From Paracoccaceae bacterium (lineage in GTDB: Bacteria > Pseudomonadota > Alphaproteobacteria > Rhodobacterales > Rhodobacteraceae): DNA of 64,000 bases. The stretch is taken from the NCBI GenBank assembly GCA_050331395.1, contig JBHJGX010000017.1, positions 5,660-69,659 of the forward strand, in the 5' to 3' direction. Below the pieces are notes generated by a model, which saw only the letters and a list, made by a program, of their open reading frames with translations, searched no databases and was not told where the DNA came from. Below are positions 1 to 8,388 of the stretch, piece after piece (positions within the stretch are counted from its first letter, which is position 1; each line of letters opens with the position of its first letter). A program made the position numbers and the translations under genes.

Positions 1-621
<621 letters not shown>

Positions 622-648
622 TTAGCACTCAGCAAACCTGAGTGCTAC
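622..648 (-). promoter_or_regulatory. CIRCE (HrcA operator) upstream of groES
   Basis: TTAGCACTC-N9-GAGTGCTAC, one mismatch to consensus TTAGCACTC-N9-GAGTGCTAA, 50 bp upstream of groES. Confidence 0.93.
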
Positions 649-657
649 CAGCGGCCC

Positions 658-686
658 ATTTGGCGAAGGGTCACGCGCCTGTCAAG
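658..686 (-). promoter_or_regulatory. Probable heat-shock (RpoH-type) promoter of groESL
   Basis: Minus strand CTTGAC-N17-CCAAAT immediately upstream of the CIRCE. Confidence 0.55.
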
Positions 687-902
687 ATGTCGCGAGGGAT
701 TTTGCGAGCGAAGGGCCCGCGAACGCTGCACCTGCTCCGCGAGCCGGTGAGACCTAAGGACAGGGATCGCCGTTCGCGAGGGGTGGAAGGCCAAAAATGC
801 GCGCTGACCGGCCCTGAGACGGACCAGTCAGCCGAATGGGCCGGGTGAATTTCGGCCTACGGCCGGCCCTCTCGGACCGGCTTCGATCAGCGATGCTTTC
901 GA

Positions 903-1595
903 TCAGCGACGGCTTCGTATGACGAGCGCCCCAAGCCCGCTCAAGAGCAAGAGCGCCGATGCTGGCAGCGGGACCACCGCCTCGCCGCCTTCCTCAACGA
1001 AGGTCGCAAAACCGAAATCGCTGCTCGGCCCACCGACGAAATTGCCATTGTTCGCACTGAACGGCGCCCCCGGAACATAGGACCGCGTGTTGTCGGCGAT
1101 CTCGATAAACCACCTGTAAGACGTGCCGGCAGAAGCACCCTGTGGGGCGCCGGGGCTCAGCAGGATGCCGAGGGTGTCTCCGGCGTTGACCGATGCCGGG
1201 TTGGCAAAACCGAGGTCGATCAACATCGGGGCGTCTGTGGTCACGTCCGCCGGGCCAAAGCTCGTAGTTGAGAGCGTGTCGACGACGGTGATCGGGGTCG
1301 ACGTTCCGCTCAAGGTGACGATGCTCACATCCACGTCGAAATCCGGCGTGGCGAGCGGGTTCCGGATCAGTTGGAGCTGAACGCGCGTCAGGTCGCCGGT
1401 GATGCCGACCACGAAGGTCTGCAAGAGTTCATTCGTGAAGTCGGTGTCCGCGAAAAACCCGACGGTAGGCCCGCCCGAGATTCCGAAACCGTCAACGGTA
1501 ATCAGATTGTCCTGATCGATGGTGTCGGCGGTGGCAACGGAGGTGAGGCACGCAAGTGGCGCCGCGAAAGCGACAGTGAAAAAAAACTTCGGCAT
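903..1595 (-). CDS. VPLPA-CTERM (PEP-CTERM variant) sorting-domain surface protein
   Basis: Signal peptide MPKFFFTVAFAAPLACLTSVATA; C-terminus VVPLPASALLLLSGLGALVIRSRR (motif, TM helix, basic tail); GGGAG RBS before ATG 1595. Confidence 0.88.
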   Translation of the reverse strand: MPKFFFTVAFAAPLACLTSVATADTIDQDNLITVDGFGISGGPTVGFFADTDFTNELLQTFVVGITGDLTRVQLQLIRNPLATPDFDVDVSIVTLSGTSTPITVVDTLSTTSFGPADVTTDAPMLIDLGFANPASVNAGDTLGILLSPGAPQGASAGTSYRWFIEIADNTRSYVPGAPFSANNGNFVGGPSSDFGFATFVEEGGEAVVPLPASALLLLSGLGALVIRSRR

Positions 1596-1734
1596 TGGAC
1601 ACTCCCTATCGGCGTGAAACGATTGTAACATGCGTTTCTAACAACTTTGTGACCGATGTGCGGGTTTCCACCTCGCCAAAAACCCGGTGCGCGTGTAAAA
1701 AACGGGACCGATTAATGAGTTGGTGGAGATCGCG

Positions 1735-2820
1735 ATGATTGCTCGGATGGTGTCCTACGCCGCTTGTCTCTGGCTCGCCGGACTGGTGGTGCCTGGAGAC
1801 GCCGAGGCCCGCTGCCGCGGCACGGATCTGATGGCTGAGCTCGCGCGTCAGGACCCGGCCGCCCACAACGCGATCCTCGACGCGGCCGCAGAGGTCCCGA
1901 ATGGCGAGGGCATCTTTTGGCAAGTTGCCCGGCCGGACAGTCCCGAGACGGCGCCCTCCTATCTTCTCGGCACCTTGCACAGCACCGCCGCCGCCGCCCG
2001 CGGACTGCCCGCTCCGGTGGCAGAAGCGCTCGACCGGGCCCGGGTCCTCCTCGTCGAGATCAGCGCCGAGGAGAAGGCCCGCATGCAAGCCCGCATGACC
2101 AGCGATCCGACCTTTGCGTTCGCGACGGGCGGGCCGACGCTGTCCGAGCGGCTCGGGCCCGACGTGCTGCCGATCGCCCGGCGCGCGCTGGCGAGCCGCG
2201 GCGTGCCGCTCGCGATTGCGGACCGGATGAAGCCCGCCCTCGTCGTCTCGATGATCGCGCTGCCCGCCTGCGAGCTGGCCAATCTCCGCCAGGGCGCCCG
2301 GGTCCTCGACGAAGCGGTGATCGCCATCGCAGAGACCGCAGGCACGCCGGTCCAAGGCCTCGAGACCGTCGATGCGGCCTTTGCCGCCTTCGATGCGCTC
2401 TCCGAGGCGGAGATGACCCAGCTGCTCACCGACGGCTTCCGGGCGATCGACGCAGAGGAAGACCTGCGCGCGACGCTGGAAGAACTCTATGCGGCCGAGC
2501 GGATCGCAGCGATCATGGAGTTCAACATCTGGTTTTCCGACAGCCGCGACGGTGGGCGCGACACGCGCGCCAGCGCCGAGGCGCTCGAACGCACGCTGCT
2601 GGCGGAGCGGAACCGGCTCTGGCTGCCCGCGATCCTGGCCGAAATGTCGAAGGGCGGCGTGCTCGTCGCCGTGGGGGCGCTGCACATGACCGGCCGGCAC
2701 GGGCTTGTCGCCCTGCTCCGGGCGAAGGGCTATGAGGTCGAGCGGGTCGCGCTCGGGGACGCGCCGGCCGTCGCCCCGCCGCGGCCGGGCTTCACGCGCC
2801 CGCCCCAAGCAGAAGACTGA
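1735..2820 (+). CDS. TraB/GumN family protein
   Basis: Signal peptide; SYLLGTLH, GLET, LLAERNRLW and VAVGALH motifs; GGAG RBS before ATG 1735. Confidence 0.88.
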   Translation: MIARMVSYAACLWLAGLVVPGDAEARCRGTDLMAELARQDPAAHNAILDAAAEVPNGEGIFWQVARPDSPETAPSYLLGTLHSTAAAARGLPAPVAEALDRARVLLVEISAEEKARMQARMTSDPTFAFATGGPTLSERLGPDVLPIARRALASRGVPLAIADRMKPALVVSMIALPACELANLRQGARVLDEAVIAIAETAGTPVQGLETVDAAFAAFDALSEAEMTQLLTDGFRAIDAEEDLRATLEELYAAERIAAIMEFNIWFSDSRDGGRDTRASAEALERTLLAERNRLWLPAILAEMSKGGVLVAVGALHMTGRHGLVALLRAKGYEVERVALGDAPAVAPPRPGFTRPPQAED

Positions 2821-3244
2821 CCGCCGCGCCCGCCGTCAGCGGCCATCTGAGCCGTGGCCACCAAGCCGGCGCACCCCCTGCTCGCGTCAGCGCGACATCC
2901 GCCCCGAGAAGCGCGACGAAGCCGAGGGCGAGAAGCGCGAGCGACCAAGGCGGTGCAAGGGCACCGGCCACCGCCCAAGCATAAAGCGCCGGCACCACCG
3001 ATCCGGCGATCGGTCCCCAGTCGGGGCCGCGGCCGAGCCCCGCCGCCGCAAAGCCCCATCGGCAGCCGCCCATGAAGGAGAGGATCGCGACGCCGTAGCC
3101 CTCGAGCCAAGTAACCGCTGCGCCTTGCCAGCCCGCCGGCCCGAAACTCGCCAGGAGCGCGAGACCCGCAAAGGGCAGCACGCCGGCACCCCCGAGCCAG
3201 AGGGCGGCCGGGGGGACCTGGTCGGAACGCAGAGGGTCGGTCAT
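2792..3244 (-). CDS. DUF3429 family membrane protein
   Basis: LGGAGVLPF, YGVAILSFMGGCRWG and WWPRLRWPLT motifs; four hydrophobic segments. Confidence 0.82.
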   Translation of the reverse strand: MTDPLRSDQVPPAALWLGGAGVLPFAGLALLASFGPAGWQGAAVTWLEGYGVAILSFMGGCRWGFAAAGLGRGPDWGPIAGSVVPALYAWAVAGALAPPWSLALLALGFVALLGADVALTRAGGAPAWWPRLRWPLTAGAAVSLLLGAGA

Positions 3245-3306
3245 CGGGTGGCTCCGTCGGTGTTCGCGCGCTTGATCACCGCCAGCGCAGTGCCAAGTTC
3301 TCAAGC

Positions 3307-3699
3307 ATGAGCACAGATCTATCCGATACCGCCCCCGAGACAAACGTTGCCCGCGCCGACCCGAGGGCGGCGCACATCGTTTATTATGACGGCAACTGCC
3401 CGGTCTGCCGGCGCGAAATTGGCTGGTATGGCCGGATGCGCGGCGCCGAGGACGTGCGCTTCGTTGATATCGTCGATGCGCCCGTGCCCGACGGGTTCAC
3501 CCGAGAGGCGCTCTTGCGGCGCTTCACGGTCATCCGCCGGGACGGGGTCGCCGCTTCGGGCGCCCGCGGCTTTGCCGCGCTCTGGCGCGCGCTCGGACCG
3601 ACGCGTCTGCTCGGACGGGTCGCCGAACGACCGCCGATCGTCTGGATCGCGGAAGGCGCCTATCGGCTCTTCTTGCGGATCCGCAAGCTCTGGCGCTGA
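3307..3699 (+). CDS. DCC1-like thiol-disulfide oxidoreductase (DUF393)
   Basis: VYYDGNCPVCRREI (DxxCxxC) motif near the N-terminus. Confidence 0.88.
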   Translation: MSTDLSDTAPETNVARADPRAAHIVYYDGNCPVCRREIGWYGRMRGAEDVRFVDIVDAPVPDGFTREALLRRFTVIRRDGVAASGARGFAALWRALGPTRLLGRVAERPPIVWIAEGAYRLFLRIRKLWR

Positions 3700-3762
3700 G
3701 GCGCCTTGCCGGGGACGGCATCGCGCGGCAAGGTTCGTGTACATCGGAGAAAGACTGATCCC

Positions 3763-5193
3763 ATGCGCCGCACCGCCCGCGTCACCGGCACGCTCTGTGC
3801 CGTTCTCGGCCTCGGCTGGACCGGCCTCTGGTTCGCAGGCAGCTACGCGGCCGATGAGGGTTTGGTCCGCGCCCTGGACGATGCGGCGGCCGCCGGAATG
3901 GACGTGTCGCTCGGCGCCCGGCGGTTCACCGGGTTTCCCTTCGCTCTCCGCGCCGAATTGGCCGATCTGGCGCTCCGAGACCCGTCGAGCGGGGCGGAGC
4001 TGCATTTCCCCCGGCTGACCGGCGGGGTCGCAGTCGATGATCCGACCGCCGTCGTGACCCGATTGCCGAACCAGTTCACCATGCGCCTGCCGGTGGCGGG
4101 TCGCATGGTGCCGATCGAGGTGGAAGCCGAAGACGCAGTCTTGAGAGCGACGGGGTTCGCGGACCCGGCCCCGCGCCTGGAAATCCGGGCAGCGCGGCTC
4201 CTCTTCGTCCACGCTGAGGCGGCCGACGCGCCGGCACTCGCGCTCGAGATGATCGGTGCCGAGGGCACGCTGACGGCGCCCGCACCCGACGGCTCCGGAG
4301 CGGCGAAAGGGCAGCTTCGGCTCGACCGACTGGATTGGGCGGGACAAAGCGGTCGGCCGGCACTCGTTGCTGAGGGCAATCTCGATGGGGTGGCGCTCAC
4401 ATTCGGGGCAAAGCCCGCGAGCCCGGGGGCGGCGACGGAACTCGACCTCGCGGTCACAGCGGTCAGGGGGCGCGGCCGCGTCGTCCCGCCGGCAGAAAGC
4501 GCCCCCCGTCGCATCGACTGGGAGGTGACGACGCTCTCGGCGACGCTCGAATTTGCAAATGCGCGGGCCCGCGCGGGCCTCGCCTCGGAGCGGACGCGCG
4601 TGAGCCTCCCTGCGGCGGACGGGCCCGCCACCGCGCTCATTGCCGACGCCGCCGAAGCGCGGGCCGATCTGCCGCTCAACACGGAGCACGCGCCAGCACC
4701 CGTCGCCGCTTCGATCCGGCTCGCGCGCCTCGACGGTGACGCCGCCTTCTGGTCCGCGGCCGACCCCGACGACGTGCTGCCCCGAGAACCGCTCGGCATC
4801 AGCCTCGATCTCTCAGGCGACGTCCGCCCACAGGCGCCGGGTGCACCGCGGACGCGGCTTCCGGGAACCGCGATGTCGCTGCCGTTCGCAATCGGGACGC
4901 TCCGCCTCGACGGAGCCGAGATTTCCGGCCTTGGCGCGCGGGCGACCGCGTCGGGCGTCCTCGACCTCGCCTCGGGCAATCCGCCACAGGAAGGACGGTT
5001 GGGGGTCGCCGTCGAAGGGGCTGGCGCACTCCTCGGCGCGCTCCGGCGCACGCAGCTCGTGCCGCTCGAACTCGTGCAGGCGGCGGGGCTTGCCCTTTTC
5101 TACTTCGAGCGCTCGGCTGTGCCTGGGCGGCTGACGACGGAACTGCGGCTCGATGGTGGTCGCTTGTTCTTGAACGGCAAACCGATCCGCTGA
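3763..5193 (+). CDS. DUF2125 domain protein
   Basis: N-terminal TM (LGWTGLWF), FTGFPFALR motif, C-terminal LFLNGKPI typical of the family. Confidence 0.75.
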   Translation: MRRTARVTGTLCAVLGLGWTGLWFAGSYAADEGLVRALDDAAAAGMDVSLGARRFTGFPFALRAELADLALRDPSSGAELHFPRLTGGVAVDDPTAVVTRLPNQFTMRLPVAGRMVPIEVEAEDAVLRATGFADPAPRLEIRAARLLFVHAEAADAPALALEMIGAEGTLTAPAPDGSGAAKGQLRLDRLDWAGQSGRPALVAEGNLDGVALTFGAKPASPGAATELDLAVTAVRGRGRVVPPAESAPRRIDWEVTTLSATLEFANARARAGLASERTRVSLPAADGPATALIADAAEARADLPLNTEHAPAPVAASIRLARLDGDAAFWSAADPDDVLPREPLGISLDLSGDVRPQAPGAPRTRLPGTAMSLPFAIGTLRLDGAEISGLGARATASGVLDLASGNPPQEGRLGVAVEGAGALLGALRRTQLVPLELVQAAGLALFYFERSAVPGRLTTELRLDGGRLFLNGKPIR

Positions 5194-5228
5194 ACCGAAG
5201 CCCTCGAATTCGCGCCACTCAAAAGATT

Positions 5229-5427
5229 GCGCCGCCCCGAGTGAGGAGGCGGGCTCGCCCGCCCCCGCAACGAGACGATCTCTTGCCCCGGCACCGCCGG
5301 GGCACCGCTTGAGCCGGCCGCCTCCGAAGGCGGACGGATTTACCGGCGACGCCTCGGGGCTCCGCCCCTCCGCGTCACGAGATTGCCTCGCGCGGGCGCG
5401 CCGGACGAGCCGGCGCTTGCGCTCAGG
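5229..5427 (+). repeat. 199-bp multi-hairpin intergenic element, copy A
   Basis: Aligns without gaps to the reverse complement of 7071-7269 with 13 mismatches (hand count); 5344-5427 is identical. Confidence 0.95.
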
Positions 5428-5528
5428 CGAGACCGCGGACGAGAACCCTCGGCGCTTTACCGGCCGTCGCCATGTGTCCGAGCCTACATGGCAGACACGC
5501 TGCGCCCGCACCCAACGACACTCGCCGA

Positions 5529-5840
5529 CTATAGGACAAATCCTTGGCGCGCCGCATTCGCTTCGGCCTCGATCCGGCTTGCGAAGCCGCGCGAGGCTGC
5601 GCCGACGACCCGACCGTCGGCCGCATAGCGCCGCCAACGGTAGCGTCCCCGCTTATCGATGTAGAAATCCCACCGGTCCTGCGGATCGGCGCCGCGGGTC
5701 ATATTCGCTTCGCACGCAGCCCGATCGCCGAAACCCTCCGAGGACGCCCCGACCACATCGCCGGCCTGGTCGAGACGCCGCCAGCGATAGGCGCCGCGTT
5801 TGTCCTGAAAGACCTCGAACCGATCTCCATCGCCCGTCAT
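5529..5840 (-). CDS. YegP/DUF1508 family protein (tandem domains)
   Basis: Two repeats FEVFQDKRGAYRWR...VVGASSEGF and WDFYIDKRGRYRWR...VVGAASRGF; GGAGG RBS before ATG 5840. Confidence 0.85.
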   Translation of the reverse strand: MTGDGDRFEVFQDKRGAYRWRRLDQAGDVVGASSEGFGDRAACEANMTRGADPQDRWDFYIDKRGRYRWRRYAADGRVVGAASRGFASRIEAEANAARQGFVL

Positions 5841-5930
5841 GCCCGTCCTCCCCGCGTTGAGCGGCCCGGGCGCCGCCGACGGCAGTCTAGCACGCTTCGC
5901 GCCGCCCCGCCGCAGGTCGCGCACGGGCCG

Positions 5931-6947
5931 CTAGCTCTCCAGAAGTTCGAGGATCCGACCGTGAAGGCCGGTCGGCACCACGACACCTTCGGTTTCGCTC
6001 CGCGCCCGGTTGCCAAGGCGCCGGTCTCCCGGCAAGCGCACGCCCTCTTCGCGCCCGAGTTCCGCAAATAGCGCCTCGGCCCGCGCGAGGCCCGAGGGGC
6101 CGCCGAACCGCCCGGGATCGATGGCGATCAGAATTTCACCGCCCAGTTGCGGGCCGCCGACGCTTGCCGACGCGCCGGCTTCGAGGCTCGTCACTTCATC
6201 GAGAAGCGGGCCGGCCAACAGATCGACCATGAGTGCGATCGCCGCCCCTTTGTAGCCGCCGAAGGCGCATTGTGCACCGCCCTCCAGGATGGCCTTCGGA
6301 TCGGTCGTCGGTTGGCCTTCCGCATCGATCCCGGCACCCTTGGAAACCGGACGACCGTCGCGGGCATGGATCTGAAGCTCTCCGCGAGCCATCGCGGCCG
6401 AGGCCTGGTCCCAGACCATCGCTCCGCCGCCGGGGCGCGGCCAGGCGAACGACATCGGGTTTGTGCCGAAGACCGGCCGACGACCGCCTGCCGCCGTGAC
6501 ATAAGGCGGCGAGGACGTCATCGCCAGCGCGACGAGACCCTCTGAGGCCAGGCGCTCGGTCTCCGGCCAAAGGGCAGCGAAATGCACGGTCCTTCGAAGC
6601 GAGAGCGCAGCGATCCCGGTCTCACGCGCGAGCGCGGCCAGTGGCGGCAGCACCACGGGATGCGCAACCGAAGCGAAACCGCAATCTCCTTCACCGGCGA
6701 GAACGGCGGGGGCGCTTTGGCGAACCGACGGACGTGCCCGGCCGTTGGCCACCCGGGCTTCGAGCAACGCCACATGCCCGGGCAGCCGAAAGAGCCCGTG
6801 GCTCTTTGCGCCATCTCTTTCGGCCATGGTCATATTCTCGGCGATCGCCGCGGCATTCTCCGGGTCGCAGCCCCTCGCGACCAACACGCGCTCTGCCAAT
6901 CCGCGGATCTCCCCAAGCGACAGCCGCACGCCCTCGATAATTTCCAT
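5931..6947 (-). CDS. Ldh_2 family oxidoreductase, DpkA/LhpD-like (cyclic imine reductase candidate)
   Basis: AERDGAKSHGLFRL, FGTNPMSFAWP, DQASAAMARGE and FGGYKGAAIALMVDLLAG motifs; GGAGGAG RBS. Confidence 0.85.
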   Translation of the reverse strand: MEIIEGVRLSLGEIRGLAERVLVARGCDPENAAAIAENMTMAERDGAKSHGLFRLPGHVALLEARVANGRARPSVRQSAPAVLAGEGDCGFASVAHPVVLPPLAALARETGIAALSLRRTVHFAALWPETERLASEGLVALAMTSSPPYVTAAGGRRPVFGTNPMSFAWPRPGGGAMVWDQASAAMARGELQIHARDGRPVSKGAGIDAEGQPTTDPKAILEGGAQCAFGGYKGAAIALMVDLLAGPLLDEVTSLEAGASASVGGPQLGGEILIAIDPGRFGGPSGLARAEALFAELGREEGVRLPGDRRLGNRARSETEGVVVPTGLHGRILELLES

Positions 6948-7070
6948 AGCTTTCTCCTCCTGCTCTCACGGGTTGCGGAGAGACTGAACGCCGATACGGC
7001 AAAGGAAAAGAGCGTTGACGAAGACCCAGCCTTTAGCGGCAGTCATGCGCCGCGCGCGTCGCGGATCCCA

Positions 7071-7269
7071 CCTGAGCGCAAGCGCCGGCTCGTCCGGCGC
7101 GCCCGCGCGAGGCAATCTCGTGACGCGGAGGGGCGGAGCCCCGAGGCGTCGCCGATAAGCCCGTCCGCCTTTGAAGGCGGACGGCTCAAGCGGTGCCCCG
7201 GCGGTGCCGGTGCAAGAGTTTGTCTCGCTGCGGGGGCGGGCGGGCCCGCCTCCTCGCTCGGGCCGGCGC
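7071..7269 (-). repeat. 199-bp multi-hairpin intergenic element, copy B (inverted relative to A)
   Basis: Reverse complement matches 5229-5427 at about 93.5% with no indels. Confidence 0.95.
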
Positions 7270-7362
7270 CGGGCGGCGGGCAGCGCGCGCAATGCGATCT
7301 GACGCGGTTTCCCTTGCCCTGCGGAGCGACGCGGCTCTAGGGTCCTTGTTAGGAGTGCGCGA

Positions 7363-8163
7363 ATGACACTGCGTGGACAAATCGGGATCATTGGCGGCAC
7401 AGGCGCGCTCGGCAGCGCAATCGCCCTCGCGCTTTTAGAGACCGGAACCGTCCGGCCGTCCGATCTCGTGGTGGCGAACCGTTCTGGCGAGCTCGGGCCG
7501 CTCGCGGATTGGCAGGAGGTTCGGGTGACCACCTCGGCCGAGGTTCTCGTCCACGCTGCCGGGTTGGTTTTGCTCGCGGTCCCGCCCGACCAAGCGGCGG
7601 GCCTTCGGATCCACGCACCGGGCCGGCTTGTCGTCTCGGTCATGGCCGGTGTTTCGCTTGCGCGTCTTGCAGAAATCGCCGGCTCCGGGCGCGTCGTCCG
7701 CGCCATGTCGAGCCCCGCCGCGCGCCGGCGGCTCGCTTTCTCGCCGTTCATGGCCGGACCGGCTGCTTCGGCCGAGGACGTGGTTCAAGTTCGCACTCTC
7801 TTCGCGGCCTGCGGGATCGCCGAGGAAATCGAGGACGAAGCGCTGCTCGACGTCTTCACCGCGCTCACGGGGCCAGTGCCCGGTTTCGTCGCCGCCGTGG
7901 CCGCAGCCATGGCCGCTTGGGCCGAGGCCCGCGGCGCGCCGCCGGCCACCGCCGAGCGGGCCGTGAGGCAGCTCTTCCTGGCAAGCGGCAGGCTGATCGC
8001 CGAGAGCCCGAATCCGCCCTCGGCCGAGGTCGCCGCAATGATCGCCTATGGTGGCACGACTGCGGCAGGGCTCGATCGGTTGGCCGCCTCCCCCTTCGCC
8101 GAGGCGCTGGCCGATGCCCTCGACGCCGCAGCCCGCCGGGCCGGACGCATCGCCGAGGGGTGA
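7363..8163 (+). CDS. Pyrroline-5-carboxylate reductase family protein (ProC-like)
   Basis: IGIIGGTGALG Rossmann motif, VVSVMAGV, VVRAMSSP, TALTGPVPGF and YGGTTAAGL motifs. Confidence 0.85.
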   Translation: MTLRGQIGIIGGTGALGSAIALALLETGTVRPSDLVVANRSGELGPLADWQEVRVTTSAEVLVHAAGLVLLAVPPDQAAGLRIHAPGRLVVSVMAGVSLARLAEIAGSGRVVRAMSSPAARRRLAFSPFMAGPAASAEDVVQVRTLFAACGIAEEIEDEALLDVFTALTGPVPGFVAAVAAAMAAWAEARGAPPATAERAVRQLFLASGRLIAESPNPPSAEVAAMIAYGGTTAAGLDRLAASPFAEALADALDAAARRAGRIAEG

Positions 8164-8190
8164 GCCCTCGGGTGGCCGCGATCGGGGGGC

Positions 8191-8219
8191 TTGCCCGCGC
8201 GCCCGCTTCGCCCTATCGA
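8191..8219 (+). promoter_or_regulatory. Sigma70-type promoter for leuA leader
   Basis: TTGCCC-N17-TATCGA; predicted +1 coincides with the leader ATG at 8226. Confidence 0.6.
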
Positions 8220-8225
8220 ACGCCC

Positions 8226-8288
8226 ATGATCACCGCTGCACCGACCTGCCGCCCGGCGACCGCGCTCCTTCTCCTTACCGGCCCCTGA
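8226..8288 (+). CDS. leuA leader peptide MITAAPTCRPATALLLLTGP
   Basis: 20-aa uORF with four consecutive Leu codons (CTC CTT CTC CTT) 100 bp upstream of leuA; its stop lies in a strong hairpin. Confidence 0.82.
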   Translation: MITAAPTCRPATALLLLTGP

Positions 8289-8322
8289 GCGTGCCGGGTC
8301 CCGCGGCGCGCGCGCTCAGGGG
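8282..8322 (+). promoter_or_regulatory. Attenuator hairpin of leuA leader
   Basis: CCCCTGAGCG...CGCTCAGGGG 10-bp perfect stem overlapping the leader stop codon; no U-tract. Confidence 0.7.
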
Positions 8323-8388
8323 ATCCGACGACGCGCCGCCCCAACCGGGCCGTCCCGAGGGCGCCCCTTGCCGGCGAGAGAGAGACCC

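Noticed and set aside
882-909. Short direct repeat TTCGATCAGCGA x2 at the VPLPA gene stop
   Set aside because: Only 12 bp; could be chance or a small slippage duplication.
2792-2820. Convergent 3' overlaps (2792-2820, 9944-9960, 55859-55862)
   Set aside because: Short tail-to-tail overlaps are common in compact GC-rich genomes.
5229-5427. Resemblance of the repeat to a glycine riboswitch (GGAG, CCGAAGG, CTCAGG)
   Set aside because: Spacing is far too long, CCGAAGG is altered in copy B, the AAAAGGACAG linker is missing, and copy A is not upstream of a same-strand gene.
5229-7269. Composite transposon interpretation of the inverted repeats
   Set aside because: No transposase inside or nearby and no flanking target-site duplication. 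Kept only as a structured repeat.
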